Virus record (IMG/VR): IMGVR_UViG_3300034356_002097
Location: 1 to 36,783 of that record
Source of the DNA: a virus
Lineage: Duplodnaviria > Caudoviricetes
Direction: 5' to 3' (one strand)
Length of the DNA stretch: 36,783 nucleotides
Of this stretch, positions 27,491-35,609 are shown piece after piece; within the stretch, counting starts at the first letter, position 1; each line of letters opens with the position of its first letter. The position numbers and the translations under genes are program-made. The notes beneath the pieces were generated by a model, which was not told the origin of the DNA, did not search any database, and was given only the letters and a program-made list of their open reading frames with translations.

Positions 27491-27784
27491 ATGGTACCTA
27501 TTATAAAATTAGACAAAAATTGTCCCGAGATTGACCTGATCATCCACGAGCATTTTTACGGCAAATCCCGCCTACTACAGGAGGCGCTCGGCGTCACTCG
27601 CGCCTGCGTCTCAATCTGGCGTAGGCGCGGCATCCCGGCGATGAGGCGGTACCATATAGACGCGGTGATCCGGGAGCGTTCCGAGGGCCTGAAGAGCGAG
27701 GGCGATGGCAAGAGCGAGGGCGATGGCCAAAGCAAAAAAAAACCGCTCCCCTCTGTTGAGGACATAATCGGAATTTATTTATAA
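27491..27784 (+). CDS. Cro-like HTH regulator
   Basis: LQEALGVTRACVSIWRRRGIP HTH; C-terminal 18-bp tandem repeat KSEGDG x2 (27692-27727). Confidence 0.75.
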   Translation: MVPIIKLDKNCPEIDLIIHEHFYGKSRLLQEALGVTRACVSIWRRRGIPAMRRYHIDAVIRERSEGLKSEGDGKSEGDGQSKKKPLPSVEDIIGIYL

Positions 27785-27870
27785 ATCGACACACGCGCTG
27801 CGGCGTACCTTCGGATTGTTAGTCCGCTGGGAGTCGGTAGTACCCTGCCGCAGGCGTGGAGCGGCAGGGC

Positions 27871-27899
27871 TTGACAATGTTATAAAAATATGGTTTAAT
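27871..27899 (+). promoter_or_regulatory. Sigma70 promoter with extended -10 upstream of replication genes
   Basis: TTGACA-N17-TTTAAT with TGG before the -10. Confidence 0.7.
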
Positions 27900-27906
27900 C
27901 TTTTAG

Positions 27907-28011
27907 TTGATTGCACAGTCAGCATCAAACGATTTTTAGGCGAGAGTTAAGGGGCTTAGGCCCTGCCCGGCGTTGTGCACCGGGCCTCTCCCCTAAAGGT
28001 CGTTTTTTTTT
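27907..28011 (+). ncRNA. Structured leader/attenuator RNA ending in a terminator-like U tract
   Basis: Long stem cgatttttaggcgagag/ctctcccctaaaggtcg enclosing two hairpins, followed by T9. Confidence 0.55.
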
Positions 28012-28244
28012 GTCTTAAAATCCCTCAGCAACAAATCAGCACGAGGGAGCCATGCGCGGGCGTGGGCTGGGCGCGAGCAATCGCGGGGCTGCAAAGCCGG
28101 GGGTCCGCAGGGGCGCTGTCCGACGTCAACTCAGGGTCAGGTGCCTGCTCTCTCTCCCCCTGGGGGGTAGGGGGGGCATGGGAGCGGCGAACCGCGCAAT
28201 CTAGGGTCAAGCAGGACAAACAAACAAGCAAACATGAGGCGACT

Positions 28245-28523
28245 ATGAGCAAAAAAACACTAATAGGAGATTGGGCACCAGATGCAAAACTATTGGCGTG
28301 GTGCCATGCAAACGGGTACGACGCGGACGCGCATTACGATTTTTTTAGGGATTATTGTTTGGCAAACGGTGCGAAATATGCAAGTTTTGACGCCGCGTTC
28401 AGAAATTGCTGCCGAGCTGATTGGGGCGGAGTCCGAAAAAATCAAACGCTCGGACAAAATCAGCAAACAAAACAGGATCGGCGAGCCAGTACAATCGCAG
28501 GTCTGGTCGGTGGCGAGATATGA
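28245..28523 (+). CDS. Minimal replication protein, DnaT-like/O C-terminal-like domain
   Basis: DWAPD, FFRDYCLANGAKYASFDAAFRNC; GAGG RBS; coupled to the P-like gene. Confidence 0.6.
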   Translation: MSKKTLIGDWAPDAKLLAWCHANGYDADAHYDFFRDYCLANGAKYASFDAAFRNCCRADWGGVRKNQTLGQNQQTKQDRRASTIAGLVGGEI

Positions 28524-29047
28524 GCGTCAACACCAGACTAGACGCGGCGACCGCGACCAAAACCGTTGAGCGGTTATTCGCTCGCATGGCGCTGATGTAC
28601 GGCTCTAAATTTGCCGATCAATGGGCGGGCATCAACCCCGCCGACGTTAAAAAATGCTGGTCGGAGGAAATCGCTGCCTATCCGATTGACCAAATCGCCG
28701 CTGCCGTCAACGCGCTCACGACCAAAAAATGGCCGCCGACCCTGCCGGAGTTTCTTGAGCTAATTCAGGATCAGCGCCCTGCGCTTACTACAGCGGCCTA
28801 CAAGCCATCAAAATCCGTTGACGCGGTAGACACTCGAGCCCCTGACGTTTTGGCCGCTAAGGCCCGCTGTATGGCGTCTGTAGCGCGTGGATTTAGCGCC
28901 CCGACGCTCGCTTGGGCGTATCGGGCTAAACGCCGCTGGCTCGATGGTGAGGTCAAACATTCGCCAGACGTGAAGGCCATGATCAATCGCGTCATTGAGC
29001 GCGACCGAGGTGTGCACGACCCATTTTTACAAATCGAGAGGGGCTGA
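28520..29047 (+). CDS. Lambda P-like helicase loader/inhibitor
   Basis: LFARMALMYGSKFADQW...WPPTLPEFLEL. Confidence 0.65.
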   Translation: MSVNTRLDAATATKTVERLFARMALMYGSKFADQWAGINPADVKKCWSEEIAAYPIDQIAAAVNALTTKKWPPTLPEFLELIQDQRPALTTAAYKPSKSVDAVDTRAPDVLAAKARCMASVARGFSAPTLAWAYRAKRRWLDGEVKHSPDVKAMINRVIERDRGVHDPFLQIERG

Positions 29048-29052
29048 AAAAA

Positions 29053-29238
29053 ATGAAAATTGTGTTGGAAATTGACAACGATTGCATACCCAAAATCAAC
29101 GGGCGCGACGTTGGCCCAATTATTTTTCAGGCTATAAAAACCAATCCAAAATGGTGGTTTGACTCTGCCGATGTTGTGCAGATCGAGGGCACGTTTGGCC
29201 GGCATACGGAGGATCGGTACGAGTTGGGGCTGAGATGA
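29053..29238 (+). CDS. Hypothetical protein
   Basis: GAGGGG RBS; operon tiling. Confidence 0.6.
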   Translation: MKIVLEIDNDCIPKINGRDVGPIIFQAIKTNPKWWFDSADVVQIEGTFGRHTEDRYELGLR

Positions 29239-29468
29239 AAGCGGCGATTAAAAAATTGGTCGAGCAGGGCATTACCGACCCCGCCCTCATCGCCTGCACC
29301 TTGCACATTAAACGCGCACGGGTAGAGACCGCGCTTGCGTGGATTGCGCGGGACGCAGATCGAGCAAAACAAGACGCGACAAAAAAATCAACGCGATTGC
29401 AGAGGCAAATTTGTTGGTCGACCATGCCGCTGGTAGTCCGAGAGGAGCGCGGCCATGCCGTCGATTAA
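29235..29468 (+). CDS. Hypothetical protein, possible HTH
   Basis: ATGA coupling; PALIACTLHIKRARVETAL. Confidence 0.5.
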   Translation: MKAAIKKLVEQGITDPALIACTLHIKRARVETALAWIARDADRAKQDATKKSTRLQRQICWSTMPLVVREERGHAVD

Positions 29469-29835
29469 ACGCAACCTCACTCCGCTGGAGACGCATGAGC
29501 AAATCGCTTTTATCCAGTGGTGCCTCATGGCAGGCGCGCCCTACAACACGATTTTTGCCATACCCAACGGCGGCAAACGACATATCACCACAGCGGCGCG
29601 ACTCAGGCGCGAGGGGGTACGCCCTGGCGTCCCCGATTTGTTTTTGCCGTTTGCCGCCGGCGGAGCGCATGGGTTATTTGTTGAGCTAAAGCGCATCAAG
29701 GGCGGCTCGGCTACAAAACATCAAAAATTGTTTGAGGATGTGGTGCGTAAAAACGGTTATGCACACGTCTACGCCATGGGGTGTGAAGACGCTATTAAAA
29801 AAATAAAATTGTACGTCAACGGCGGAGCGAAATGA
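29455..29835 (+). CDS. VRR-NUC domain nuclease (possible resolvase)
   Basis: E..EQ, FAIPNGGKR, GVRPGVPDL, GLFVELK. Confidence 0.85.
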   Translation: MPSIKRNLTPLETHEQIAFIQWCLMAGAPYNTIFAIPNGGKRHITTAARLRREGVRPGVPDLFLPFAAGGAHGLFVELKRIKGGSATKHQKLFEDVVRKNGYAHVYAMGCEDAIKKIKLYVNGGAK

Positions 29836-30797
29836 CCAAAAATCTTCAAGCACCGTTTCCTTATTTCGGCGGGAAATCCAACGCGTGTGGCGTGGTTTGG
29901 CAGGCGTTGGGAGCAGTACAAAACTACGTTGAGCCGTTTGCGGGCAGCGCCGCCATGTTGCTGGGAGCCCCTGAGGGCAAACGGATTGAGACGATCAACG
30001 ATGCGGATGGATTTGTGGCCAATTTTTGGAGGGCGATCCATGCTGACCCTGAGGCAGTGGCGCGTTATGCAGACTGGCCGTGCAATGAGGTCGATTTGTT
30101 TTCGCGGCACTCTTGGCTGGTGCGGCACTCTGAGGATTTAACCAAAAAATTACACGCCGACCCAGAGTTTTTTGACGCCAAAATCGCAGGATGGTGGTGC
30201 TGGGGGGCATGCAATTGGATTGGCTCCGGTTGGTGCAGTGGCGACGGCCCTTGGGTTCTGGGAGACGACGACAGGTTTGTAAAAAGTGCTGGGCAGGGTA
30301 TCAACCGACAACTTCCGCACCTGAGTGCGGGGCAGGGCATCAACCGACAAACCGATGGCGAGCGCAGCGCCTTCATTCATTCGTGGTTTTGGGCGTTGCA
30401 CGAGCGTCTGCGCGATGTGCGCGTGGCATGTGGCGATTGGTCGCGAGTGGTCGCGGATTCGGTGACCGTCCGGCACGGCCTGACTGGTGTGTTTTTTGAC
30501 CCGCCATATTTCCGAGGCGGGATGGATTATGCGGCTGGAGGCGTTGGTACCAATTTGGCTGCAGAGGTAGGCGCATGGTGCGCGGCCAATGGCAACAACC
30601 CGATGCTGCGCATTGTGATTTGTGGCCACGCCGGGGAGCATGACGCCCTGCTGGCTCACGGCTGGACTAAGCGCAAATGGGCGGCGCGGACAGGCTATGC
30701 CACCACCGATGAGGCTGTGGCTAATAGTGCCGGCGAGACGATTTGGTGCAGTCCGCATTGTGAGCCGGAGACCAAAATTCAAAATTCACTTTTTTGA
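29832..30797 (+). CDS. DNA adenine methyltransferase (D12/Dam-like)
   Basis: PFPYFGGKS, YVEPFAGS, ETINDAD, FFDPPY. Confidence 0.88.
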   Translation: MTKNLQAPFPYFGGKSNACGVVWQALGAVQNYVEPFAGSAAMLLGAPEGKRIETINDADGFVANFWRAIHADPEAVARYADWPCNEVDLFSRHSWLVRHSEDLTKKLHADPEFFDAKIAGWWCWGACNWIGSGWCSGDGPWVLGDDDRFVKSAGQGINRQLPHLSAGQGINRQTDGERSAFIHSWFWALHERLRDVRVACGDWSRVVADSVTVRHGLTGVFFDPPYFRGGMDYAAGGVGTNLAAEVGAWCAANGNNPMLRIVICGHAGEHDALLAHGWTKRKWAARTGYATTDEAVANSAGETIWCSPHCEPETKIQNSLF

Positions 30798-30823
30798 CAA
30801 AAATTTTTCAAGAGGGCTATTTC

Positions 30824-32335
30824 ATGGACGCAGCAATGAAATTTGGTTCTGTTTGTAGCGGCATTGAAGCCGCATCAGTGGCATGGCATCCGCTCGGGTG
30901 GCAGGCCGCATGGCTGTCAGAGATTGAGCCTTTCCCCTCCGCGGTGTTGGCCCACCACTACCCCAATGTTCCCAACTTGGGCGACATGACCACACTGCCA
31001 GAGCGCATCCTATCGGGCGAGATCGAAGCCCCAGACGTGTTCTGTGGCGGCACACCCTGCCAGGCCTTTTCGGTGGCAGGACTTCGAAACTCCCTTGATG
31101 ACGCTCGGGGAAATCTTTCACTCACTTTTGTAGGTATCGCAAATGCAATTGACCATGCTCGATCTGTTCGAGGAGAGCAAGCCTCAATCGTCTTCTGGGA
31201 AAACGTGCCCGGAGTCCTCAGCACCAAAGACAATGCCTTCGGGTGCTTTTTGGCTGGAGTTGCCGGCGAAGATGGCGAGCTTGAGCCGTCAGGGGGAAAA
31301 TGGACGAACGCTGGTTATGTGTCTGGCCCCAAAAGAGCAGTCGCGTGGCGCGTCCTCGACGCCCAATATTTCGGAGTGGCCCAACGACGCCGCCGTGTGT
31401 TCGTTGTCGCAAGTGCTCGAGACGACTTCGATCCCGTCAAGGTTCTTTTTGAGCTCGACGGCGTGCGCCGGGATTCTGCGCCGAGCAGAGAAGCGCAAGA
31501 AGGCATTGCCAGAGGCGTTGGAATTGGCCCTCCTTTCAGTCGCACAAACAACGAAAGAGTAGAGGCCGAGGCGATGGTGGTGCAGCCTTATGAGGTCGGC
31601 AACTGCTTGACCGCCCGGATGCACAAGGGCATCAACAGCACATTGGATGAGGGGCAGACGCCAGTGATCAGCATTCACCCTCACTGCATAGGCCGCGCTC
31701 CAGAGGCTGGCCCACAAGGCAAAGAGTATTTGCTTGATGGGTCGGCTTATTGCATGGACGGCCGAGGGCAGCCGCAGGCGGTGGCGCAGCCAATCGCCTT
31801 CCCCCCTACGCAAGACCCGTCCAGCAGCACGGACGGCACTACGCACGGACTGGGGTGCGGGTCGGGAGGTGGACAGGCGAGTGTGGCCGTCAGTTATGGC
31901 ATCAGAACCGCCAACACGAGCAGCAACGGATGGGGCATTCAAGAAGAAGTCACGCACACACTGGACTGCGCTCAAGGTGTCGCCGTGGCGCAGCCAATTC
32001 TCGCCATGCGAGAGAGCGGCTTTGGCTGCTGGATGGAGGACGCAGTGGCTGGGACGCTTGATGCCAGCATGGGAATGAGTGGTCACGCAAACCGCCCTGC
32101 CGTGATGACCGTTCCTCGATCAATGGCCGTGCGCCGCCTCACCCCCGTGGAGTGCGAGCGACTTCAGGGATTCCCTGACAACTACACCAACATCCCCTGG
32201 CGCAGCAAGCCAGAGTCACCAGACGGCCCCCGCTACAGGGCCTTGGGCAACTCATGGGCCGTGCCCGTGGTGGCTTGGATTGGGAAGCGCATCGCAGCCG
32301 CTACGCTTCAAAACTCACTTCCCAAAATTTTTTAG
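30824..32335 (+). CDS. DNA cytosine-5 methyltransferase
   Basis: SVCSGIEA, GGTPCQAFS, WENVPG, QRRRRVF, RRLTPVECERLQGFP, GNSWAVPV. Confidence 0.92.
   Translation: MDAAMKFGSVCSGIEAASVAWHPLGWQAAWLSEIEPFPSAVLAHHYPNVPNLGDMTTLPERILSGEIEAPDVFCGGTPCQAFSVAGLRNSLDDARGNLSLTFVGIANAIDHARSVRGEQASIVFWENVPGVLSTKDNAFGCFLAGVAGEDGELEPSGGKWTNAGYVSGPKRAVAWRVLDAQYFGVAQRRRRVFVVASARDDFDPVKVLFELDGVRRDSAPSREAQEGIARGVGIGPPFSRTNNERVEAEAMVVQPYEVGNCLTARMHKGINSTLDEGQTPVISIHPHCIGRAPEAGPQGKEYLLDGSAYCMDGRGQPQAVAQPIAFPPTQDPSSSTDGTTHGLGCGSGGGQASVAVSYGIRTANTSSNGWGIQEEVTHTLDCAQGVAVAQPILAMRESGFGCWMEDAVAGTLDASMGMSGHANRPAVMTVPRSMAVRRLTPVECERLQGFPDNYTNIPWRSKPESPDGPRYRALGNSWAVPVVAWIGKRIAAATLQNSLPKIF
31143..31562 (+). CDS. Nested alternative-frame ORF, M.EcoHK31I beta-polypeptide-like arrangement
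   Basis: 139-aa frame inside the C5 MTase ending CSLSQVLET..PSRFFLS..AC.GILRRAEKR.K.LP..L..AL. Confidence 0.6.
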   Translation: MQLTMLDLFEESKPQSSSGKTCPESSAPKTMPSGAFWLELPAKMASLSRQGENGRTLVMCLAPKEQSRGASSTPNISEWPNDAAVCSLSQVLETTSIPSRFFLSSTACAGILRRAEKRKKALPEALELALLSVAQTTKE

Positions 32336-32346
32336 GAGGTTGAAAA

Positions 32347-32688
32347 ATGTTGAACGTGAAACAGCTCACCATCGACGAGGCGACGCAGCATGCACAGCTT
32401 ATGATCGACGCGGCAGCGGGCCGGGCGGATCGTGAATACAGCGGCTGGTCGAGTTTGGCGTATGCGTTTTTGAGGCATTTTGTCCGAGATAAAAAAAATT
32501 TTTGGCCGTGGGAATTGATTCAGGCGTCCGTAGATTTTGGCCTAGTACAACCTAAAAACCTGCGGGCGTGGGGAGGTGTGTATCAACGCGCATCGCGCGA
32601 AAAATTAATTATTCGCGGTTCGCAGCTAGGCAAACATCCTAACCGCCACGGGACTCTAGTCCCAATCTGGGACGTCGTGCAAAAATGA
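32347..32688 (+). CDS. Hypothetical protein
   Basis: AGGAGG RBS; P...RAWGGV motif. Confidence 0.7.
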   Translation: MLNVKQLTIDEATQHAQLMIDAAAGRADREYSGWSSLAYAFLRHFVRDKKNFWPWELIQASVDFGLVQPKNLRAWGGVYQRASREKLIIRGSQLGKHPNRHGTLVPIWDVVQK

Positions 32689-33188
32689 CTACGCCAATTT
32701 TTTCGGACGAGGTGCAGCTCGCCGGGTGGAGCGAGAGTCACACTTCGGGAGCTAAAATTACGTTTTGGCTTTCAGACCCCGCACAGTTGAGCGCGTTCCG
32801 CGGCATGACGGAGCGGCGCGGCAAAACGGCAGGGCAGCGTCTGGCAATGGTGCTCGTCGAGATCAACGACGATGAGACGCTGGCCGATGAGCCGCCATCA
32901 ACCACAAAGCTAGGCCCGTTGTGTGCGCTGGCGGTGGCGTGGTGCAGTGATGCGCCATTTTTGGCGTGGTGGCAACGGCAGCGCGGTCACATGGCTGGCG
33001 ATGTTGATGTACGCGGCGACATTTTGGCGACGTGCGGCATTAAATCACGCCGAGAGTTGGACGCGGACGCGAGGGCGGCAGCGGTGTTTAATGATGTTTT
33101 TAGGCTGCCATACATGGCGCACTGCCGCGAGGCGGCGATGGTCGAGTACGGTTTTGACAAGCTCAGCGCGAAACAATCTCGCTTCTAA
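32685..33188 (+). CDS. Hypothetical nin-region-like protein
   Basis: ATGA coupling; CGIKSRRELD motif. Confidence 0.65.
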   Translation: MTTPIFSDEVQLAGWSESHTSGAKITFWLSDPAQLSAFRGMTERRGKTAGQRLAMVLVEINDDETLADEPPSTTKLGPLCALAVAWCSDAPFLAWWQRQRGHMAGDVDVRGDILATCGIKSRRELDADARAAAVFNDVFRLPYMAHCREAAMVEYGFDKLSAKQSRF

Positions 33189-33639
33189 TCCGTCTGACAT
33201 AAGCCGTTGTCACCCCTGCCGCCGCCGCGATATACCGCGTTTTCCATGTTGGCTTAGTCTCCAATAAGGTGATCACTTGCGCTTTTCCGGTTGGCTGGCT
33301 GAACCTTGCCGCGAAATCATCAATGGCCGCTTGTAGGTTTACACAATACTCAGCACCGCCCATGCGCCGGAATTTGTGCGAGCGTAGATAGAACTCGTTG
33401 ATCAGCACCATCTTGGGGAGCATTTCCATTGTCCCGATGATCTCGTCCGCCCGTTCTGCCAGCGCGACGTTGATAGGCGGTCTCGCGGGTTCCGGTGCAG
33501 CTTCTGAGTCACCCCAGCCCGGATCGCTGAACTTTGGGTGATTGGCAAACATAGGCGACGTTGACGGGTAGCCTTGCGGCTTGCCTGTGTCTACGCGGTT
33601 CCAGTTGCCCCAGTTCTCCAGAATCATTTTCGGCGTCAT
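33163..33639 (-). CDS. Antiterminator Q-like protein
   Basis: LENWGNW, A..ADEIIG.M...KMVLINEFY pattern; extra C-terminal HTH-like segment; GGAG RBS. Confidence 0.55.
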   Translation of the reverse strand: MTPKMILENWGNWNRVDTGKPQGYPSTSPMFANHPKFSDPGWGDSEAAPEPARPPINVALAERADEIIGTMEMLPKMVLINEFYLRSHKFRRMGGAEYCVNLQAAIDDFAARFSQPTGKAQVITLLETKPTWKTRYIAAAAGVTTAYVRRIRSEIVSR

Positions 33640-33808
33640 ACGTTCTCCGTTTTGGCCCTCTAATTGCCATAATTTTTTTTCATTTGTCCAAAGTGTTGCC
33701 CAATGTTAACAGATTTCTCACCCCCGAGGGGCAAAATTTGCGCGTGCGTTTTTTGGGTACACTCAACGGTCTCCCGGCAGTTGGCCTAAAGGATTTTGCC
33801 CCCCTACC

Positions 33809-34381
33809 CTATCCCACACGCCTGAACTCGACCACCCAAACCCACGGGTTGGCTGCCCATGATCCGGGGCCATTGATGGACTCCCAAAGATAAATAAAAG
33901 AGTCGCGGGCGTCAGGCTGCGGGTTGAGGCAGCCGCAGTTGGTTTCAGATTCCCCACAATTTAGACACCCGCCATCTGTGATCCCCTCTGCCCGCGCATC
34001 GTCTTCACTGATGTCCACCAGCCGCTCCACGCGCACGCCGGTGATTTCCAGCGTGATGCGGCTGGCCCAGCGGGGCATAAACATGCCAGGGCGCGGCTTT
34101 GTCCAGTCGCCGCAGCTTGGGCGGCCGTCAGCCCAATAGTGGATCTCGTCCGTGCTGTGCCAGTCTTGAGGCGGGTGGCGCTCCTGATGGTGCGGGCCGC
34201 TGAACGCCTCGCGCACCCACAGCCGGTCGCCGGGTTGGCCGTAGGGGCAAAGCACACGGCCGCTGAAGTCTTGTTCTAAAAGATAAGGCTGGGGCTTCAC
34301 CACCCGCCGCGTCTGCGTCTTGCTGCCGTCCATCAAGGCCCGCACCATCGGCGAGCTGAAAAGGATTGGACGCTCCTTCAT
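33809..34381 (-). CDS. Conserved phage ASCH/PUA-like protein
   Basis: ERPILFS..MVRA..DG.KTQTRR, CPYGQPGDRLWVRE, MPRWASRITLEITGVRVERL, NPWVWVVEF. Confidence 0.8.
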   Translation of the reverse strand: MKERPILFSSPMVRALMDGSKTQTRRVVKPQPYLLEQDFSGRVLCPYGQPGDRLWVREAFSGPHHQERHPPQDWHSTDEIHYWADGRPSCGDWTKPRPGMFMPRWASRITLEITGVRVERLVDISEDDARAEGITDGGCLNCGESETNCGCLNPQPDARDSFIYLWESINGPGSWAANPWVWVVEFRRVG

Positions 34382-34710
34382 GCTGCCCCCTGCGTGCGTG
34401 TGGTTGTGCATTTGCCGTCGTCGTCGTAGGCGTAGTCCTCTCGATAGCCACTATTGGTGCGCCACGTCAACACGCGGCCTGCATCGTCGCGAGTGTACTT
34501 GCACCAAAACCCAGAGTCGTCGCTGTAGCTCAACACGCCTCCGTTGTGGTCGTATGTGTAAGCGTGCCAAAATCCAGACTCGTCGCGATACGTCAACACG
34601 CGACCAGCGCCGTCGTGGGTGTACCCGAGCGGGATTTGTAGAGCGTCAAAATTAGGGTCGATCATGCTGCATCCGGGATGGCCGCATGGGCGAGGCGCGC
34701 TACTCGGCAT
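34378..34710 (-). CDS. YD-like repeat protein copy D with HNH-like N-terminal stub (alternative start 34665)
   Basis: MPSSAPRPCGHPGCS-MIDPNFD; three 21-aa repeats. Confidence 0.75.
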   Translation of the reverse strand: MPSSAPRPCGHPGCSMIDPNFDALQIPLGYTHDGAGRVLTYRDESGFWHAYTYDHNGGVLSYSDDSGFWCKYTRDDAGRVLTWRTNSGYREDYAYDDDGKCTTTRTQGAA

Positions 34711-35371
34711 AAGGTGCCCCCTGTGCGTTGTTGTCAATTTTGATCAGTCGCTCGAGCAACCCACATGGGTCAAAATTTGCCCACACATCCTCCCCCGCCT
34801 CCGCCGCCCTCGCCTCCGCCGCCCTCGCCGCCGCCCACGTCGCCTTTGCCACCCGGTGCGCCGCCTCCGCTGCGTTTGCCACTCCCGTTGCCTCCGCCGC
34901 CGCCCACGTCGCCCTCGCCACCCAGTGCGCCTCCGCCCACGTCGCCATCGCCGCTGCGTTTGCCGATTCGGCAGTCCGTTCGGTAGTCATTTTTTGCCAT
35001 TGCTCGCCAAAACCCTGCTGATCCGCCAGCGGCTGGAGCGATGGCAGAACGGTACCCCACATCCAGTCTAAAATAATTTTCAGCCGCTCTTGTTCTTGCT
35101 CCCGTCCAGTTCCAGCCGCGAGCGGCAGCAGGGATTTCCATTTTGCCGAGTTACGCAACTCCCCCGGCATCGCGTCTTGGATTACGATGATCCAACAGCC
35201 AATGACCTCCGACATGCAATCGGGGATCTCGTCTGTGAGTCTGCCTGACAGCGCCAAATTTATGGCTGCAATTGAGCACGCCGATTGCTCGTTGCCTAAT
35301 CCATATGGCAGGCGCATGGATGCCAGTTTTGACGCGATTGATGCCTGTTGTTCAGTTGTGATTGTGCTCAT
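34700..35371 (-). CDS. Ala-rich helical hypothetical protein
   Basis: AGGAGG RBS, ATG 35371; ATWAAA repeats. Confidence 0.75.
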   Translation of the reverse strand: MSTITTEQQASIASKLASMRLPYGLGNEQSACSIAAINLALSGRLTDEIPDCMSEVIGCWIIVIQDAMPGELRNSAKWKSLLPLAAGTGREQEQERLKIILDWMWGTVLPSLQPLADQQGFGEQWQKMTTERTAESANAAAMATWAEAHWVARATWAAAEATGVANAAEAAHRVAKATWAAARAAEARAAEAGEDVWANFDPCGLLERLIKIDNNAQGAPYAE

Positions 35372-35609
35372 GCTGCCTCCTGCGTGCGCGTGCGTGTGAT
35401 TGTGTGTTTGCCGTCGTCGTCGCATCGTCGACACCGGCATACGTGTACCAATGGCCGTCGCTGTTGACGCACGTCACTACGCGGCCGTCGTCGTCGTAGG
35501 TGTAAACAAACCAAAATCCAGACTCGTCGCGATAGCTCAACACGCGGCCGTCGTCGTCGCGTGTGTACCCAAGCGGGATTGTCATCAGGTCAAAATTAGG
35601 GTCGATCAT
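35352..35609 (-). CDS. YD-like repeat protein copy C (frameshifted C-terminus)
   Basis: Two repeats; canonical DDDGKHTITRTRTQEAA-stop tail present in another frame. Confidence 0.7.
   Translation of the reverse strand: MIDPNFDLMTIPLGYTRDDDGRVLSYRDESGFWFVYTYDDDGRVVTCVNSDGHWYTYAGVDDATTTANTQSHARARRRQHEHNHN

Noticed and set aside
34765-35141. Pro-rich and Gly-rich ORFs
   Set aside because: Shadow frames of the Ala-rich gene's repeats.
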